The notes beneath the pieces were generated by a model. That model was not told the DNA's origin. It saw nothing but the letters and a program-made list of their open reading frames with translations, and made no database searches. A DNA stretch of 64,000 nucleotides from Podarcis erhardii (Eukaryota): NCBI GenBank assembly GCA_964252035.1, contig OZ176201.1. One strand, 5' to 3'. Below, in pieces: positions 36,178-49,374 of this stretch. Position numbers and translations under genes: made by a program. How positions within the stretch are numbered: position 1 is the stretch's first letter; each line of letters starts with the position of its first letter.

Positions 36178-37591
36178 TTCTATACCAGTCTTTTCAACTG
36201 ATGTCTAAAGCAAAGTAGCTCATGTAGCTACTGTGTATAGATTCTGGGAGGTGCTTTAGGTCTACTCAAAGTTATAGGAATAAATAAAACCCACTTTTAT
36301 TTTAACTTATCCGGGCAACGAATCATTTGTGAAAGGGTGATCATTCTGTGTTGGTCTTTAATATGCTTTAGCAGCTAATATGTAAAGGACTTGAAACAAC
36401 TTCAGGGGATGCCTACCTAAGAGAAACATGGAAGCATGAAAACAAGCTAAAATCCACACAGTTGAAATTGTGTGGTGGAAATGATTTTCGTTCTTCAAGC
36501 ATTTTTAATTTCTAAACCTTAAGTATTGTGATGGAAATGATTTTATGAGGATGGTTATAAAAGGCTCCATTCTTTGTTGCTTCAGCTGTTAAAATTTGCT
36601 AACCTTTCTCCTGCTTCTTTGCCACCAATTTTTCATTTAATAAAAGCTTGCAATATTCAGTATTAGCTGATACAGAAACTGCTAATGGCAGTAGTTTTAT
36701 CTGAAAAAGTATTTTTAAAACCATCAAAATTTGGTAGCAGACTTGGTTTACAGTTTTATCAGTTGCCTCTTCATCCTGCCCAAAGCAAGGGGTCCTGGAA
36801 ATGTTGCTCTAGCCATGGAATTCATAGTAAGATACTGTTATGGCATCATTTTGTATCAAATGTATTTTTAATGCAGATACAAAACTATGCATTGAAAAAC
36901 ATACAATATAAATAATTTCATGGGTCATGAAATAGTGGTTGATGAACCCTTGACTATCCCTCAAAATGCAGATGATTTCCCCAAATATTTACAAATCCAA
37001 AACAGCAGAATTTGTGTGGGTCAGAGAGCTCACTAGTTCCATGTGCATCTTAAATTGATGCAACTATGAAAAAGTATGGCAATTGGACATTAAATTATAC
37101 ATTAGTTCTTACTGAGTTTGTATACATTTATTGTCTTCTTTATTTATTTTAGGTGATTGTCATTTTTCTTCTCTGCTGTTGAAAGCTATTTCGAACAAAT
37201 GGTAGAAAAGCAGGATATAAATATTTTACAGAAATAAATATTTGAATAGATAGAAGAGACACAGGAACAGCCACTTAGGTCAACGTGAATTTACAATTTG
37301 ACTTCTGGCACAAAAAAAATAAGTGGTTTCTCTGATATGTTCTAACATTTCTTGACAAATTGCTAACTTGCTCTGCAGCTTGGCAAAATGTGAAAGTCCT
37401 TGTTTAATATAGTGATGGGCCTTATCTAACTGAAAATGTACAGACGCAGAAAGGCTTGTCTGTGCATGTTACTTCAATATGTTTTGAGGTACCTAAACAG
37501 TAGCTTCCAATGAACAAGATGCATTTTTAAAATAAATATTTCTGATTAAAACAAAATATTATTTTATCTTACTGTTCTCTGTTCTCCGTAG

Positions 37592-37727
37592 CCCATTGAA
37601 TATGCTGGGCACAGTCCGGCACTCGTCATCTTCTCTTTCTTCCCATACATCAAGTGAAACAGGGAATCTGGTTATTCTAACAGACAGTTCTGTCGGAGAA
37701 ACAGCAGAGGATATGTACCACATGCAG
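37592..37727 (+). CDS. DOCK3: DOCK3 exon PLNMLGTVRHSSSSLSSHTSSETGNLVILTDSSVGETAEDMYHMQ
   Basis: ccgtag|C, CAG|gtacga; 136 nt, phase 2-0. Confidence 0.92.
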
Positions 37728-37787
37728 GTACGACTGTAACTCATCAGGAATATGCAGTGTTAAAGATGATTTTAGGATGCATTTAAG

Positions 37788-38061
37788 CAGGGCTGTCTTA
37801 AGCATATGTGGCGCTGGGGTGCAAAGACCCCCCTGGTGCCCTCCCCCCCCCCGGTTGCCCAGTCCCAGGCGCACAGCAGGGCAGAGCCAGCCAGCCGCCT
37901 CAGCGTCTCACTGGCTCAGTCGCTCCCGAACTCGCAATGCAGAGCTGGGCGGGCTCTTCCCCGGACTCAACTCTCAGGCCCTGGAATCTCAGCCTGGTGC
38001 CCCTGAGAGCCTGGCGCCCAGATGCCCCACACCCCTAGCTCCTATGGGTAAAACGGCCCTG
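37788..38061. mobile_element. hAT MITE
   Basis: TIR CAGGGCTGTCTTA / TAAAACGGCCCTG; perfect TSD CATTTAAG. Confidence 0.9.
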
Positions 38062-38129
38062 CATTTAAGATCTCGGTCAGTACTAAGATCTACTCAGTAC
38101 TTGTAGACATTGCTAGAATAATATAGTGC

Positions 38130-38335
38130 CTTACAGACTGAGGAAATCAAATCTTACCTCTGTCATGAACTCACTTGCTGGCTTTAGGCAAGTCACCCTC
38201 TCTCCCACATCTACAACATGAGAATAATAACAACACTCATTTCCTTACAAGGTTGGTATAAAGATTACATGAAAATAATATGAAACCCTTGACACACTCA
38301 GAAATACTTTAAAATGCTAGGTATTTTATTATTGA
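38130..38335 (+). mobile_element. MIR/CORE-SINE-like relic
   Basis: ctttaggcaagtcacc...catctacaacatgagaataata...ccttacaaggttggtataaagatta resembles the CORE consensus. Confidence 0.45.
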
Positions 38336-38492
38336 ATTATATTTAAGTTTACTTAGACAATTTTTAATGTTAGCTGGGTGAAAACCCCATTGTACTAGTG
38401 AGAGCACTTGCACTGGCTTCCACAGGGTGGGACGTGTTGGTTGAATCCTGCCCTAAGAATCTAATCACTAATATCTGTTTTTTCTTTCCTAG

Positions 38493-38574
38493 GCCAGTCC
38501 TTCCACCTCAAGCCTGAGCTCTACCCATTCTGCACCATCCCAGATGATTAACTCTGCACCTCCTAGCGCACGGG
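38493..38574 (+). CDS. DOCK3: DOCK3 exon ASPSTSSLSSTHSAPSQMINSAPPSAR(G)
   Basis: cctag|GCC, G|gtaaga; 82 nt, phase 0-1. Confidence 0.93.
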
Positions 38575-39379
38575 GTAAGAATGAGCCAAGGTTCTACAAA
38601 TTGCTATGATGTTTGCCCTTTAAAATTCTAGATTGTACATTGAATTGCTTCCTTGCTTAAAATAAGTGATAGCTTCATTATTGCAACAATGAATTATTCA
38701 AGACTGTCTTCTACAATGTCCCAATTAAGTGTGTCATCTTTTCAGAACAGTTTGGTATACTTTCTCTCTGGTATAAAATTTATTTTAAGACAATTTAACT
38801 GTGTGTTTCCAATGGGCTCCCCAATCATTGAGCCCATTCACTTAAATCCATTCTGCTGCTTGTACGAGTTGTTTCAATTCTAAAGCAAACAGTCTGAGAA
38901 ACAGCACTGAAAACAGCAACCACATGAGGACAAAGGTAAATACCAGGCAGGTCTCAAATGAAAAGAAATCAGGATGAAGGAACATAGAGTGTAGAATCTT
39001 ACTTGGAACAAAGTGTACAAAATTTGCCTTCTTTGCCTGAGTTACAAATGAAGAAAGGGAGAGAGAAAATATCTGAAATAGCTTTCACTCCCTAGTATTT
39101 CCTTTCCCTAAAAGACACTATGCAAAGTTGGTTGTTTCTTCTCTTCACAAGTCACAACCCCCAGCTGTGGCCTCTCTAGAACTGGGTGCCAAATTATTGC
39201 TTAGAGACTCTCAAACCAAATTGCACTGCTGTTTGTGTATGCTGCAGAACAACAGAACTTCCCTATCCACTTATTTTTGGTGAACCCATTTCTGTAGAGC
39301 TCAGATATCCTTGGCAGTAGTGATACAATGGAAGAACCAATATCTCAGTAGTAGAACACATACTTTTTTGTGCGAAAGA

Positions 39380-39453
39380 TTGTTTTTAACACTTGACTGG
39401 AAGCTGCCCAGAGTGGCTGGGGAAGCTCAGCCAGATGGGCGGGGTATAAATAA

Positions 39454-39507
<54 letters not shown>
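39380..39507 (+). mobile_element. L2 3' UTR fragment with (ATT)n tail
   Basis: gcccagagtggctggggaagctcagccagatgggcggggtataaataa followed by (ATT)n. Confidence 0.7.
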
Positions 39508-39509
<2 letters not shown>

Positions 39510-41876
39510 TCTCTGGTAGGGAGAGGGGAGAAGGGGACTCAGTGTGGAACACATGTTTTACATGCTGAAGGTGCAAGAATAAATCCATGACTTCTCCAAT
39601 TAAAAATTATTCTCAAGATGTAGGGCTGGAAAATATTGTTTGCCAGAGACCCTGGAAAGTTACTGTCAATCAGAATAGACTACACTGGGCTAGATAGATG
39701 GGTGATATGACTCAGCATACTGCAGCTTTATATACAGCAGGAAAGATGACATGGAGACAGCTGGGGAGCTTCATATGTTCAGTGAAGTCTTTTTCATTAT
39801 TGTATCTGTTGCACTAAGCTGAAGAGCATAGTACTGTATATGAGTACAAATATTTTTATAATTACCAAAGTTGGTGGGAAAGCAGTTGTGATCAAAGCTG
39901 AATAAAGAAGGTAAAGGTGGTGACCATTGTCAGGAAAATGGTTATGTAATTGTACTGCTTTAGGGTCAACTGTGTCTGCTAATTGTATCTCTATTAAGTA
40001 TGCACTTTGGGGAGGAAAAATATGGTATGGTGGTCCTTGCATCATTTCACAGAACTCATAGTTTCTGTGATACTGTGGATATCCAGCTTTCTGAGCTGCC
40101 ATTTGACTTCCCAACAGCATTTCCTGCATCTAGAATCTCTACCAGTGCTTAGAGACAAATGAGGTGATGTATGTTAAAGGACAACCAATGAATAAGTAAT
40201 ACATCATTTCCTGTTAGCAAATATATATTTGAACAAGCACTGTCATAACTACATGTGATTTCTGGTTTGGACTGTTTCTGATCATTTTGGAAAACTTCAT
40301 TTATTCTTGGACAGATTTCTTAAACTAATTGAATTAATTTTCTTAAATTAATGGAGAAGTTGTTTGGAATTCCATGAATCGCACACTAGAAAAAGAAAGC
40401 CCCAAATCGTCTTTATACTTCACAGCATGTGAATTATTAATTTAATTGTTGTGAAACTTCCAACGGGGATGAAATTGTTTTTGCAGAAAATAAGCCTGGT
40501 GGTATTGAAAATAACATGGGATTTATTTATTTGCGTACATTTCCCCCCCATTTTGATAAGTTTTATTCTATGGAAATGAGAGATTGACAAGCATTGGCGC
40601 TAAAGCAAGCTGCAGTGCAAAATTCACATGCCTAGCTCTGCCAATATGCTTCAATCCTTTTTTTTATGTTTATTTATATTCTTTTTAATTTAGTGCTGAT
40701 GAAAGGTGCTGGATTGACAACACTGGAGGCTGAAGCCCTCTATTTATCCACAGAACAGATACAGCACGGGCGGCAGCAGTGCAGGCTTCCCCACACTGCC
40801 CCCACCAATGTGCCTCATCTCTGTCCTGGAGGAACCACCTCTAGAGGTGAGAGGATAGATTGGTCTCCATGACCCATACAGTCCTTGGCCTTTCTGCTCA
40901 GATTGCCAACAGAGTTACCAGCTTGTAGTGGCAGACTTAGACACCCTTCAGCCAGGAAGTGCACCAAGTTCATCAGCGTGTTTCACTGCAGCTATTTGGC
41001 AGTGATAGGTTCCACACTGATGTGAGGAGTTGTACTGGAACCTCGATTTACTGAATGATGACTAACTTGCACTCTTCAGGGTTCAAAGCTTGTCTTAGAA
41101 ATGAGAAAAGAGTTGCCCAAACTTTAGCAGCTTTGATTTCAGTCAATAGTCTGATTTCCGACTAAACCTCCTATATTCTTATTCATGAGCTGAGATCTAA
41201 CTGAACTGAGATGCAGCTATAATTTGAATATCTAGATAAGCCTCCCATTCATATGGCTCTGATTTTTGTTTTGTTTTTATAGATAAACTATTGGATAATA
41301 TAGCAAAGCTTGTTTTGTTCACAGTGAACAGTACAAGTCAAATATAACTAACACAAAAAGTAAATATAATCAGCTGAAATGTCTCGCAGCTTGTCTCTGA
41401 AAAACGTACACATGTATTTTCATTTTGAAATGATAAACATTTGTAGGAATATGCTGCCTTCTTAACTTGGTACAGTAGTATGTCATAAAGCACCTTTTGA
41501 GAGGTTAGTAGACACATTACGGGGCTCTGCTCCATGAATGAGCTGATTTATCTTCATTGTTAAGGCCCATTTAAATATTATTTTAAGCATTGTAGATATG
41601 AGAATCACTTACACACTTCTGTCAGTCCGTTCTCCAATACTGCCACTTCTCAATTGTTGATATAAATATATCATACATGGTCAGATTCATATGCTTAAGA
41701 TTTTATTTCCAAACACAGCTCTGATCACGGTCTTTTTGGAGAAGAGCATTAGGGTAAACATTACACAGTGTATCATCGGCTGTAATATAGTACAAGCTGT
41801 ATTTGCGAAAGCTTCCACCTTTTCATTACATAGCTATAAACACACAAATTAGCTGCAAACGTTGGTCTTGTTCATA

Positions 41877-42076
41877 NNNNNNNNNNNNNNNNNNNNNNNN
41901 NNNNNNNNNNNNNNNNNNNNNNNNNNNNNNNNNNNNNNNNNNNNNNNNNNNNNNNNNNNNNNNNNNNNNNNNNNNNNNNNNNNNNNNNNNNNNNNNNNNN
42001 NNNNNNNNNNNNNNNNNNNNNNNNNNNNNNNNNNNNNNNNNNNNNNNNNNNNNNNNNNNNNNNNNNNNNNNNNNNN
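41877..42076. other. Assembly gap (200 N)
   Basis: Run of N; true length unknown. Confidence 1.
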
Positions 42077-44189
42077 GTGTTCGCTGCATGAATACATTGA
42101 CGTGTGAAGGGGAGATGGTATCTCTCACCAAGTATTCAATCTGGATGTTTGCCAGATAGACACTAGCTGTCATTTCCTTAGATTATGTCTATCACATTTC
42201 TCAGCCTGGAGAGAATACAAAGCCTCCCAAGTAAATATACTTAAAAGACCATTTGGAGCCTCTATTTAGTTGTGGCTTAGTGCGTTTTGAAGGTGGTCCC
42301 CTGCTGTGAACTCATAGTAGGAGCTGTCAGGTCAATGTTGCTGTTTAGTTTAGACTTCTCCTTTTCTCTGCTTGGACAGCAAGTCACAGCTGTTTAATCA
42401 GCACTGAATACTAATAGCATTTAAACATTGGACTTCGATGTTAAAACAAGCTCCTAGAAGGTTCAGCAAAGATGAACAAATCAGTTCATATTTGGGTTAC
42501 ATGCAAATTATTTAGAAATTTCAGCAGTGCAGTCTTCTGCATGTTTACTCAGAATTAAGTCTTATATTGAATGGTACTTACTCTCAGGTAAGTGGGCATT
42601 GGATTACAACTTTAGAATTTATAGTAATTCACAATACTTTTATGAGATACCACAAGATTGGTTCTTTAATTTGTGACAGACCAACATACTACCCCACTCA
42701 AAGTTAGTATTTATATGGCACTTTTTCATAGTAGTTAAAGTAATTCATATATAATATTATGGCAGTAATTCTTATATCACTCTGTAAAGTGAGTGTGAGG
42801 ATCCTGTGGCCCTCTAGATGTTGCTGGAAGCCATGCAAGTTGTAGTTCAACAGTATATGGGGAGCCAAAGGTTCCCTACTCCTGCTGTAAAGTAAACCAT
42901 CATTTCCCCTACATTGCATGACAGGGTAGTGGGAATTTAGACTGAGATAGTGGGATTGTCACAGCGTCACATGACAAGGGCATTGCCCATCCCATTGGCT
43001 CCAGCATCCCACGATGCAAATAGGCAGCTCTAAAAATTCAGTCTTTGTTGTAATTTATACTGCATTTCTTTCCTCAAGATCCTGTGATGAGACTTGCCAG
43101 TTCTCCATACGCTTTGTTTTCCCTTCTGAAAAATTAGTTCAGGTTGAGAGTAATATTGTTCTGATGGAAATTATTACCAATGAACATCATAGGCATCCCC
43201 GGTACAACGTGGTTTTACAAACAGTGACACTGAAGTTCAATTTTGAGTGGTAATCCTGCAACAGATCTTGCTCTTGTGAAAGGTTTCATGTTATTCTCCT
43301 GCAAGACTTGGAGAAGAACTGTGATTGCACAGCTGCATCACTCAAAGCCTTCTCTTAATAAATGAAAACACAGTGGATTGTATCCAGTGCTGTCCTTACA
43401 TTTACAGAAAGCTGTTTGATCCAGTGGGAATTTCCAAGAACGTTAGGGAGGGAGGGGATTTTTTTCTTATTTCCTCTTCCATTCCCAGTGCTCCCTTCCA
43501 GTCTGCTCTAGGGGCTTAGGGTACACACTTGAACAGTGCAGGACATGATATGGGGGCTGCAAGGGAAAGGGGACATTTAGGGGAATTACCTCCCTCCCCA
43601 TTCTATGCATGGAAGTCTTTGAGCGATCAAATCACCTTTTGTGAATAGAAGACACCACTGGATACAACTCACAGTCAGGCTAGTATCCTTTTTAGCACAT
43701 CTATGGTTAGGGAGGAGTAGACTCACTGTTCCTCAGTAGAGAGACCATACTTCCAGTTATTAAGTTTTGAGGGACAAACAAGGAAGGTTCTTGTTCTCGT
43801 GTCTCCTTTTGGACTTTTTAGGGAATCTGATTGCCCACTGGTGCAGGGAAATGTTGGGTTTTCGGCGTTTGAGTATCAAGGTACCACTGTACTTCAAAGG
43901 CAGAGCACACCATTCCAAATGTGGGACTGCTGCTCTTTGCTGCATGTTTGCTGTAAGCATGTCATCTGGAAATACACACTTCGGATGTGCACATGTATGC
44001 ATTGTGTAAAGAAGCACTAGACTAATGGGCTTTCAGCAGGTCAGTTGCATATTTTGAAGTTGTCCATAAGCACCTGAATGAAACAACAAACACAGCCACC
44101 ACCATGATACCCTACCTGCAGATAGACATATTAACAAACAAACAAAAAAGAGTGGATGTATGACTTTTGTCTACCAAGATACTATTCCG

Positions 44190-44660
44190 ACAAGCTTGGC
44201 TGAACAGGTAGAATTTCCAAAGATCTTGACAGTTACAAATAAGTAACGTGATTTTACACGATTTTCTTTAACTTTTAAAAGAGCTTTTGACAAATACTGC
44301 CCTCTGTTGATGACTTGAAGTCACATAATTAATAGAAAAGCTTTCAGGAAACAATTGTTGTCAACCATGTTAGATGAGCAGCAAAGGTATTGTTTTCATG
44401 TGTTTTTCCAAATTGATGGTACTCAACAGCTTCATATGTATTTCTAGGATAAATTGAGAATATATTTTAAAGGGGGAAATCAACAATGTGCTTTGGTGCC
44501 ATAATACATTTACTGGTGCTCCTAAAAGATCAGTATTTTATATTTTGTGATGCAGGAAGTAGGACTATCTGTGATATGTATGTGAGCAAAAGAGACAGTA
44601 TAAAACATTAATGCTTACCTAAATGAACATTGTGAATGATAGGATGGTCAGATTATTTGT
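44190..44660 (+). mobile_element. Highly decayed CR1-like RT fragment
   Basis: gtgattttacacgatttt...aaagagcttttgacaaa resembles DVIYLDFSKAFDK; actggtgctcctaaaagatcagta resembles TSGVPQGSV. Confidence 0.45.
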
Positions 44661-45559
44661 GTTCTGTGTTTGTGGTGAAAACATTTAATCATACAGTGGA
44701 GTTTGAATTTCTTTGAGCTTAATAACTTGAGGGAAACTCTAGAAAGTGTGAAGGTTTCTCCTGTACTGCTAACTATATTGTTTCTTCCTTTTGTGCTAAA
44801 TCTCAGTCTATGACCTGCATGCCATGCTTCCGTTCATGTGAAATCTGTACCAACTAGAAATAACACTTGTGTTTAATATTATTTGTGTGTGGTCAGATAT
44901 TATTTGTGTGGTCATAGAAAGTTTGCAGAGGGGACCATGTGCATCAGATTCTGCACATTAATGCATCCAGTAGGGGAGAGAGTTTCCATTGTTATCATTA
45001 CCTTAGGCAGCTGTGCATTTCAACCAGTACCATAATGAGTAGGATTTCCCCCATCAAAGATCATAATGCACTGATACACTATGCAGTGCCCAAACAAACA
45101 TTCATCAAAATGGCAATATATGTCAATAGGAATCAAAACCCTTATGGGATAGAGATATATTGAGAAGCTTTGTGTTCTCATATTCTCATACTAAGCATAA
45201 CTGCTTGTTAATTACACAGTTTGTGGAAGCACACTTCTTATGTTCTTACACCAGCAGTGTAGGAATGGATCTACCAAAGGCAGTTTTATTTTGGTAACAT
45301 GGGGCTTTCAGAATGCATTCATTGACCTGCTAAGCGGTATGCTACAGACCCAGCAGCTTGTCTGTGTTGCTGTTTTTGTTATGCACTGAACTCTAGAGCA
45401 GTGATTCCTGTGTGCCAGTTAAGCTCATTTCCATTGTGCGCTAAAATGTTATGTTTCATAGTTGTGACTCATACATCTTAGGAAGACTAGGGGACTGGGC
45501 CAAAGAGCATCTCTGTTGTGTTTTGTCATGTGTACGTGATTGTTCTCACTTGTTTACAG

Positions 45560-45679
45560 GCTCTCCCTCTCTACCAGATAAGTATCGTCATAATCGGGAG
45601 CTGATGATGTTATTACCGATGCACCGAGACCGACCTAGCAGTGCCATGTACCCCTGCAGCTATCATGGAAAATGGACAG
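45560..45679 (+). CDS. DOCK3: DOCK3 exon SPSLPDKYRHNRELMMLLPMHRDRPSSAMYP/AAIMENGQ (contains +1 frameshift at 45651-45655)
   Basis: ttacag|GC, CAG|gtaacg; 120 nt as assembled, but 119 nt is needed for phase 1-0; the ORF track shows the frame switch (MYPCSY... vs ...PAAIMENGQ). Confidence 0.9.
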
Positions 45680-46628
45680 GTAACGATTTCAGTATTGCTG
45701 TTTTTTCTGAATGTGCCAGGACATGAAATTAGCAAACAGATCCATTTTTCTGGACAGGAAAGGACAAATGTTTTGGAAATGGGAACTAATGGGAAGGAGG
45801 AACTTGCAGGTTACCTTACTTGGCAGGATAACTGTCCCCAGTCAGCTAGCCCACCTTTCCTGTCTGTCTTCCCTTCAGAAAAAGAGAGCGGGGGGGGGGG
45901 GGGGAGAAAGGGGTTCTGAATCCCATAGCTAGGATTCATGTGGGTGAGGTGAGTCAGGAAGGGAGATGGCTTTAGTGATTCCTGGCCAAAGGAGTAGCAG
46001 AGTAGCCAGCTGGTGGACATTTTAAACAGCAGGCCTCAGCACACAGGGCTGGCAAGGCTGGGATTACCCTAGTCATAATGCACTAAAAATCCCAGGCAAA
46101 ACTTCTTGGCAATAACTGAGGGCAGACAGGCCCATGCCTTTGACCAGCACCTGTATCATTGTACCTGTCAGCTTCCTGAGCAAATTCAATAAAAGAAATT
46201 GCAGCTTCTGCACCCTGAGCATGTGCTCCTCTCAGGGAGATCTGTAGAGCAGCCACTTTGGGGGGGGGGGTTGGAGGGTGTTCCTGCTCATTCCAGTCCA
46301 GTCTCAGTCTTGGGAGGTCCTTCCAGCAGAGGAATCAAGTTATACCCTAACCCCTGTCTCTTACTGGTGGAAGGGGCTTAACTGGAAAGTTCTCCAATGC
46401 CCTTCTTACTCTCCCTAGAGCATGATATTTATGGTAAAAAAATTATTCTGCCTTCATTCAAATTATTATTATATAGTCATAATAACATAGGCACAGAGAT
46501 TGCCCTTGTAACATAAAACAAATGTAAACAATCAGATATCTTGTGAATCTTATTGGAGATATCAAACAGCATAGTTGCAAACTGTTGTTTAAGAAGTGCA
46601 AGTATTTGTTGCCTTTCTTCTCTCTTAG

Positions 46629-46716
46629 CACCCAAACTTCCAGCGAGCCTTGCTCCAGCAAGTGATTGGACCGTGCAAACCCTGCAGCGATCCCAATCTT
46701 TCTGTTGCTGAAAAAG
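46629..46716 (+). CDS. DOCK3: DOCK3 exon HPNFQRALLQQVIGPCKPCSDPNLSVAEK
   Basis: cttag|CAC, G|gtattc; 88 nt, phase 0-1. Confidence 0.93.
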
Positions 46717-46874
46717 GTATTCCGTGCCCTATTTTATATTATTTACTTATGACACTTATTTCAGGCATTGCTTTTTGCTGCTTTGCTGGATCCAGAATCT
46801 ACAGCTAGCGCTGAATGCTGTAGCACGGTTGCTGACATGAGCAAGACTCTGCTCAGAGATCTGCATTAGTGGGT

Positions 46875-47270
46875 GAAGTTCAAGGTGCTAGTATTGGCCT
46901 ATAAAGCCCTAATCACTTGGAAGCCAGTTTATTTACAGGATCTCCTTACTTCATATGTACCCACTTGACCTCTCTTGACCCACTTGCAGAACTTGTAAGA
47001 AATTGCTTTTTTAGCGCGGCAGGACCTAAACTTTTGCACTCCCTGCCAATTTACATCAGGTTGAGTGGTGGCTTAGCTGTGTACTTTCTGATGCCTGCTT
47101 AAAACTTTTTTGTTAAGCTAAACCTATCCAGATGTACATATATTGAATAAATTGTTTTCAACCCTTTTTTTTTTTAGTTTGCTGCTGGTTTAAATTCTAT
47201 GACCCGCCCTGAGACCTCCGGGTATAGGGCGGTATATAAATTCAGTAAATCAAATACATAAATAAATAAA
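46875..47270 (+). mobile_element. L2 LINE 3' end
   Basis: ttcaaggtgctagtattggcctataaagcc (FKVLVLAYKA), then gacccgccctgagacctccgggtatagggcggtat and a (TAAA)n tail. Confidence 0.75.
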
Positions 47271-47498
47271 TTATTTTTTAAATGTTTTAATTACTTGTTT
47301 TTAACTACTTTGCTGATAATTTTAATATTTCTTGTCAGCCCTTAGAGGTTTTGTTGCAGTCAAGCAGTATATAATTTTTTGTTAAATACTATTAATTAAT
47401 TAATTTTATTGTCTCGTTTTATGTTCATTCAAAGTGTTCTTATCACTATAATCTCTTAAAACCATGTGTATTTAGAACAAGCAGTTAATCACACAGCA

Positions 47499-47588
47499 AC
47501 TGCCCAATCCATATATACTCCTAGCAGAATATATACATTTGTGACTGCCCAATCCATTTATACTCCTAGCAGAATATATACATTTGCG
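47499..47588. repeat. Tandem duplication, period 45 bp
   Basis: actgcccaatccatwtatactcctagcagaatatatacatttgyg at 47499 and 47544. Confidence 0.9.
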
Positions 47589-47695
47589 AGTCATGTTTCA
47601 AATATGACAATCTCCTTCCTGCATAGAGATTATCTACATAAAGGGAAAATTTCAGTTATGAAGCAGCACTTTGGAAAGGTCAGTAATCCATAGGC

Positions 47696-48125
47696 CAGGG
47701 GTGGCCAACTCTCAAGAGACGGCAATCTACTTTCAGAATTAAAAACTGGCAATGATCTGGGTCAGCTCTAAATTGTTGAACTTTTTTTAGGGAGGAGAAA
47801 GGCCCCATTTTTAGTGGTTAAAAAACAGCTTTTTTGGAGGGAAAGGTTCCATTTTTGTGGGGTTTAAAGGCAAGGGACAAAGGGGTAACGTCACTCACAA
47901 AAAGATCGCTATGGATGAAAACAGCAGCACAGAGAAAGCTCTGTCTTCCCTTCCAGAGATCAAACAATGGAGGGCGGTGCGGGGGGGGGGGGCAGGGCAG
48001 GAGTCAGTTTTAGGGACACTAAGGAAAGGGAGCCAGAGATCGACCGCGATCTACCAAAACCTCACGGGGATCTATCAATAGATCTACCAATAGATCTACC
48101 ATGATCGACCTGTTGGACATCCCTG
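47696..48125. mobile_element. hAT MITE
   Basis: TIR CAGGGGTGGCCAAC / GTTGGACATCCCTG; perfect TSD CCATAGGC. Confidence 0.9.
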
Positions 48126-49374
48126 CCATAGGCCATTGGAAGGGGAGTTGGTGTACATATCAACTGCACAACATATACAGCTGAAGATGCTTGGAATGCT
48201 CTCCCTAACCGGCTGAAAGCACATGTTTGGGTAAACCTGGAGACCTGTCACTTTCCCTTTTTTACACTGATTTTTCTTGACAGTAGAGTGACATTGAACA
48301 CCTTAAAGCAAAATCTTTTCAATTATAGCTTCTCTGCTGATGAATCTAATCACTGAAGACAAACTCTGCAGCCGATGGTTTGGCCACTACAGGACAGCAG
48401 GGACTTTCAAAGATAGTTTAAGCATGAGCTAAGCCTTTATTTGGGATAAACCATCCAATATCAAAATTGCACATCAGGTTTTCCAAGCATTTTAGTCTAA
48501 ATTACGATAGACACAGCAGGGAGGAGGGTATCGAATTTGCCATCAGTTAAGATATTCCATGTTTTGTTTCTGGTTTTCATGTGTATTCTATACAGGTGGT
48601 GACCTTCAGATAGATAGTGATCAGTTTAGAGCAGTTTCAAAGCATGCACACAACTTGCTCATCCAGTGGCAGCAGCAGGAAGTCAGTACGTATAGGCTGA
48701 GCGAAAATGATGCCTGCTACGGACTCAAAAACTGTGGATTTAGGTTCTCAGTGAGAACAGAATAAGAAGGTTTGTTAAACAAATAGTGAATGGTAGCTTC
48801 ATAACAAGGTGAATGTTGGGATGGGAAACATAATTAATTCATTGTGGGGGTTATAGGCCCCACATAAACTATAATCCACAGCATTCTCCTCTACAACCAA
48901 GGCTGATGTATACTTTTTACCAAGTCTTGTGTCAAAACTCCCCTGTCGGTGAGATTCTGTTTGATGTTTGGCAGTAAAATCAATGTTAAGGAAAGGTCTG
49001 GGCAAAGTCTTGGTGATTGTTTTCATTGCTATAGTTTTTTTTAAACCTCTTATTTTCTGTTTGACTGCTACCATGAATTTTATAAGTGTGTTACCTTTAT
49101 CAGGAAAATGCAACTCTTTTCTACTTGTTTTGTCTCATTAATGTATAAGGAATTTTGTTTTGTTTTTTGTTTTAAAAAAAGGTTTGGGACCAGAGGAAAA
49201 CAAACTTACCTCATCTTGGTCATCGCGGCACAGTAACAGGCTCTGTTCTGCATACTGAAATGTCTGTTCCTTGTTCTTTGTTACTGCTTCCTTCATCCTG
49301 CTTTTTTAAAAAAAAATCTGTAGTCTAAAAGATATCTTCTTGGTCTCCTAATAATGCTAATCTACCTAAACTGC

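Noticed and set aside
41803-42173. ORFs spanning the N run
   Set aside because: Artefacts of translating the assembly gap.
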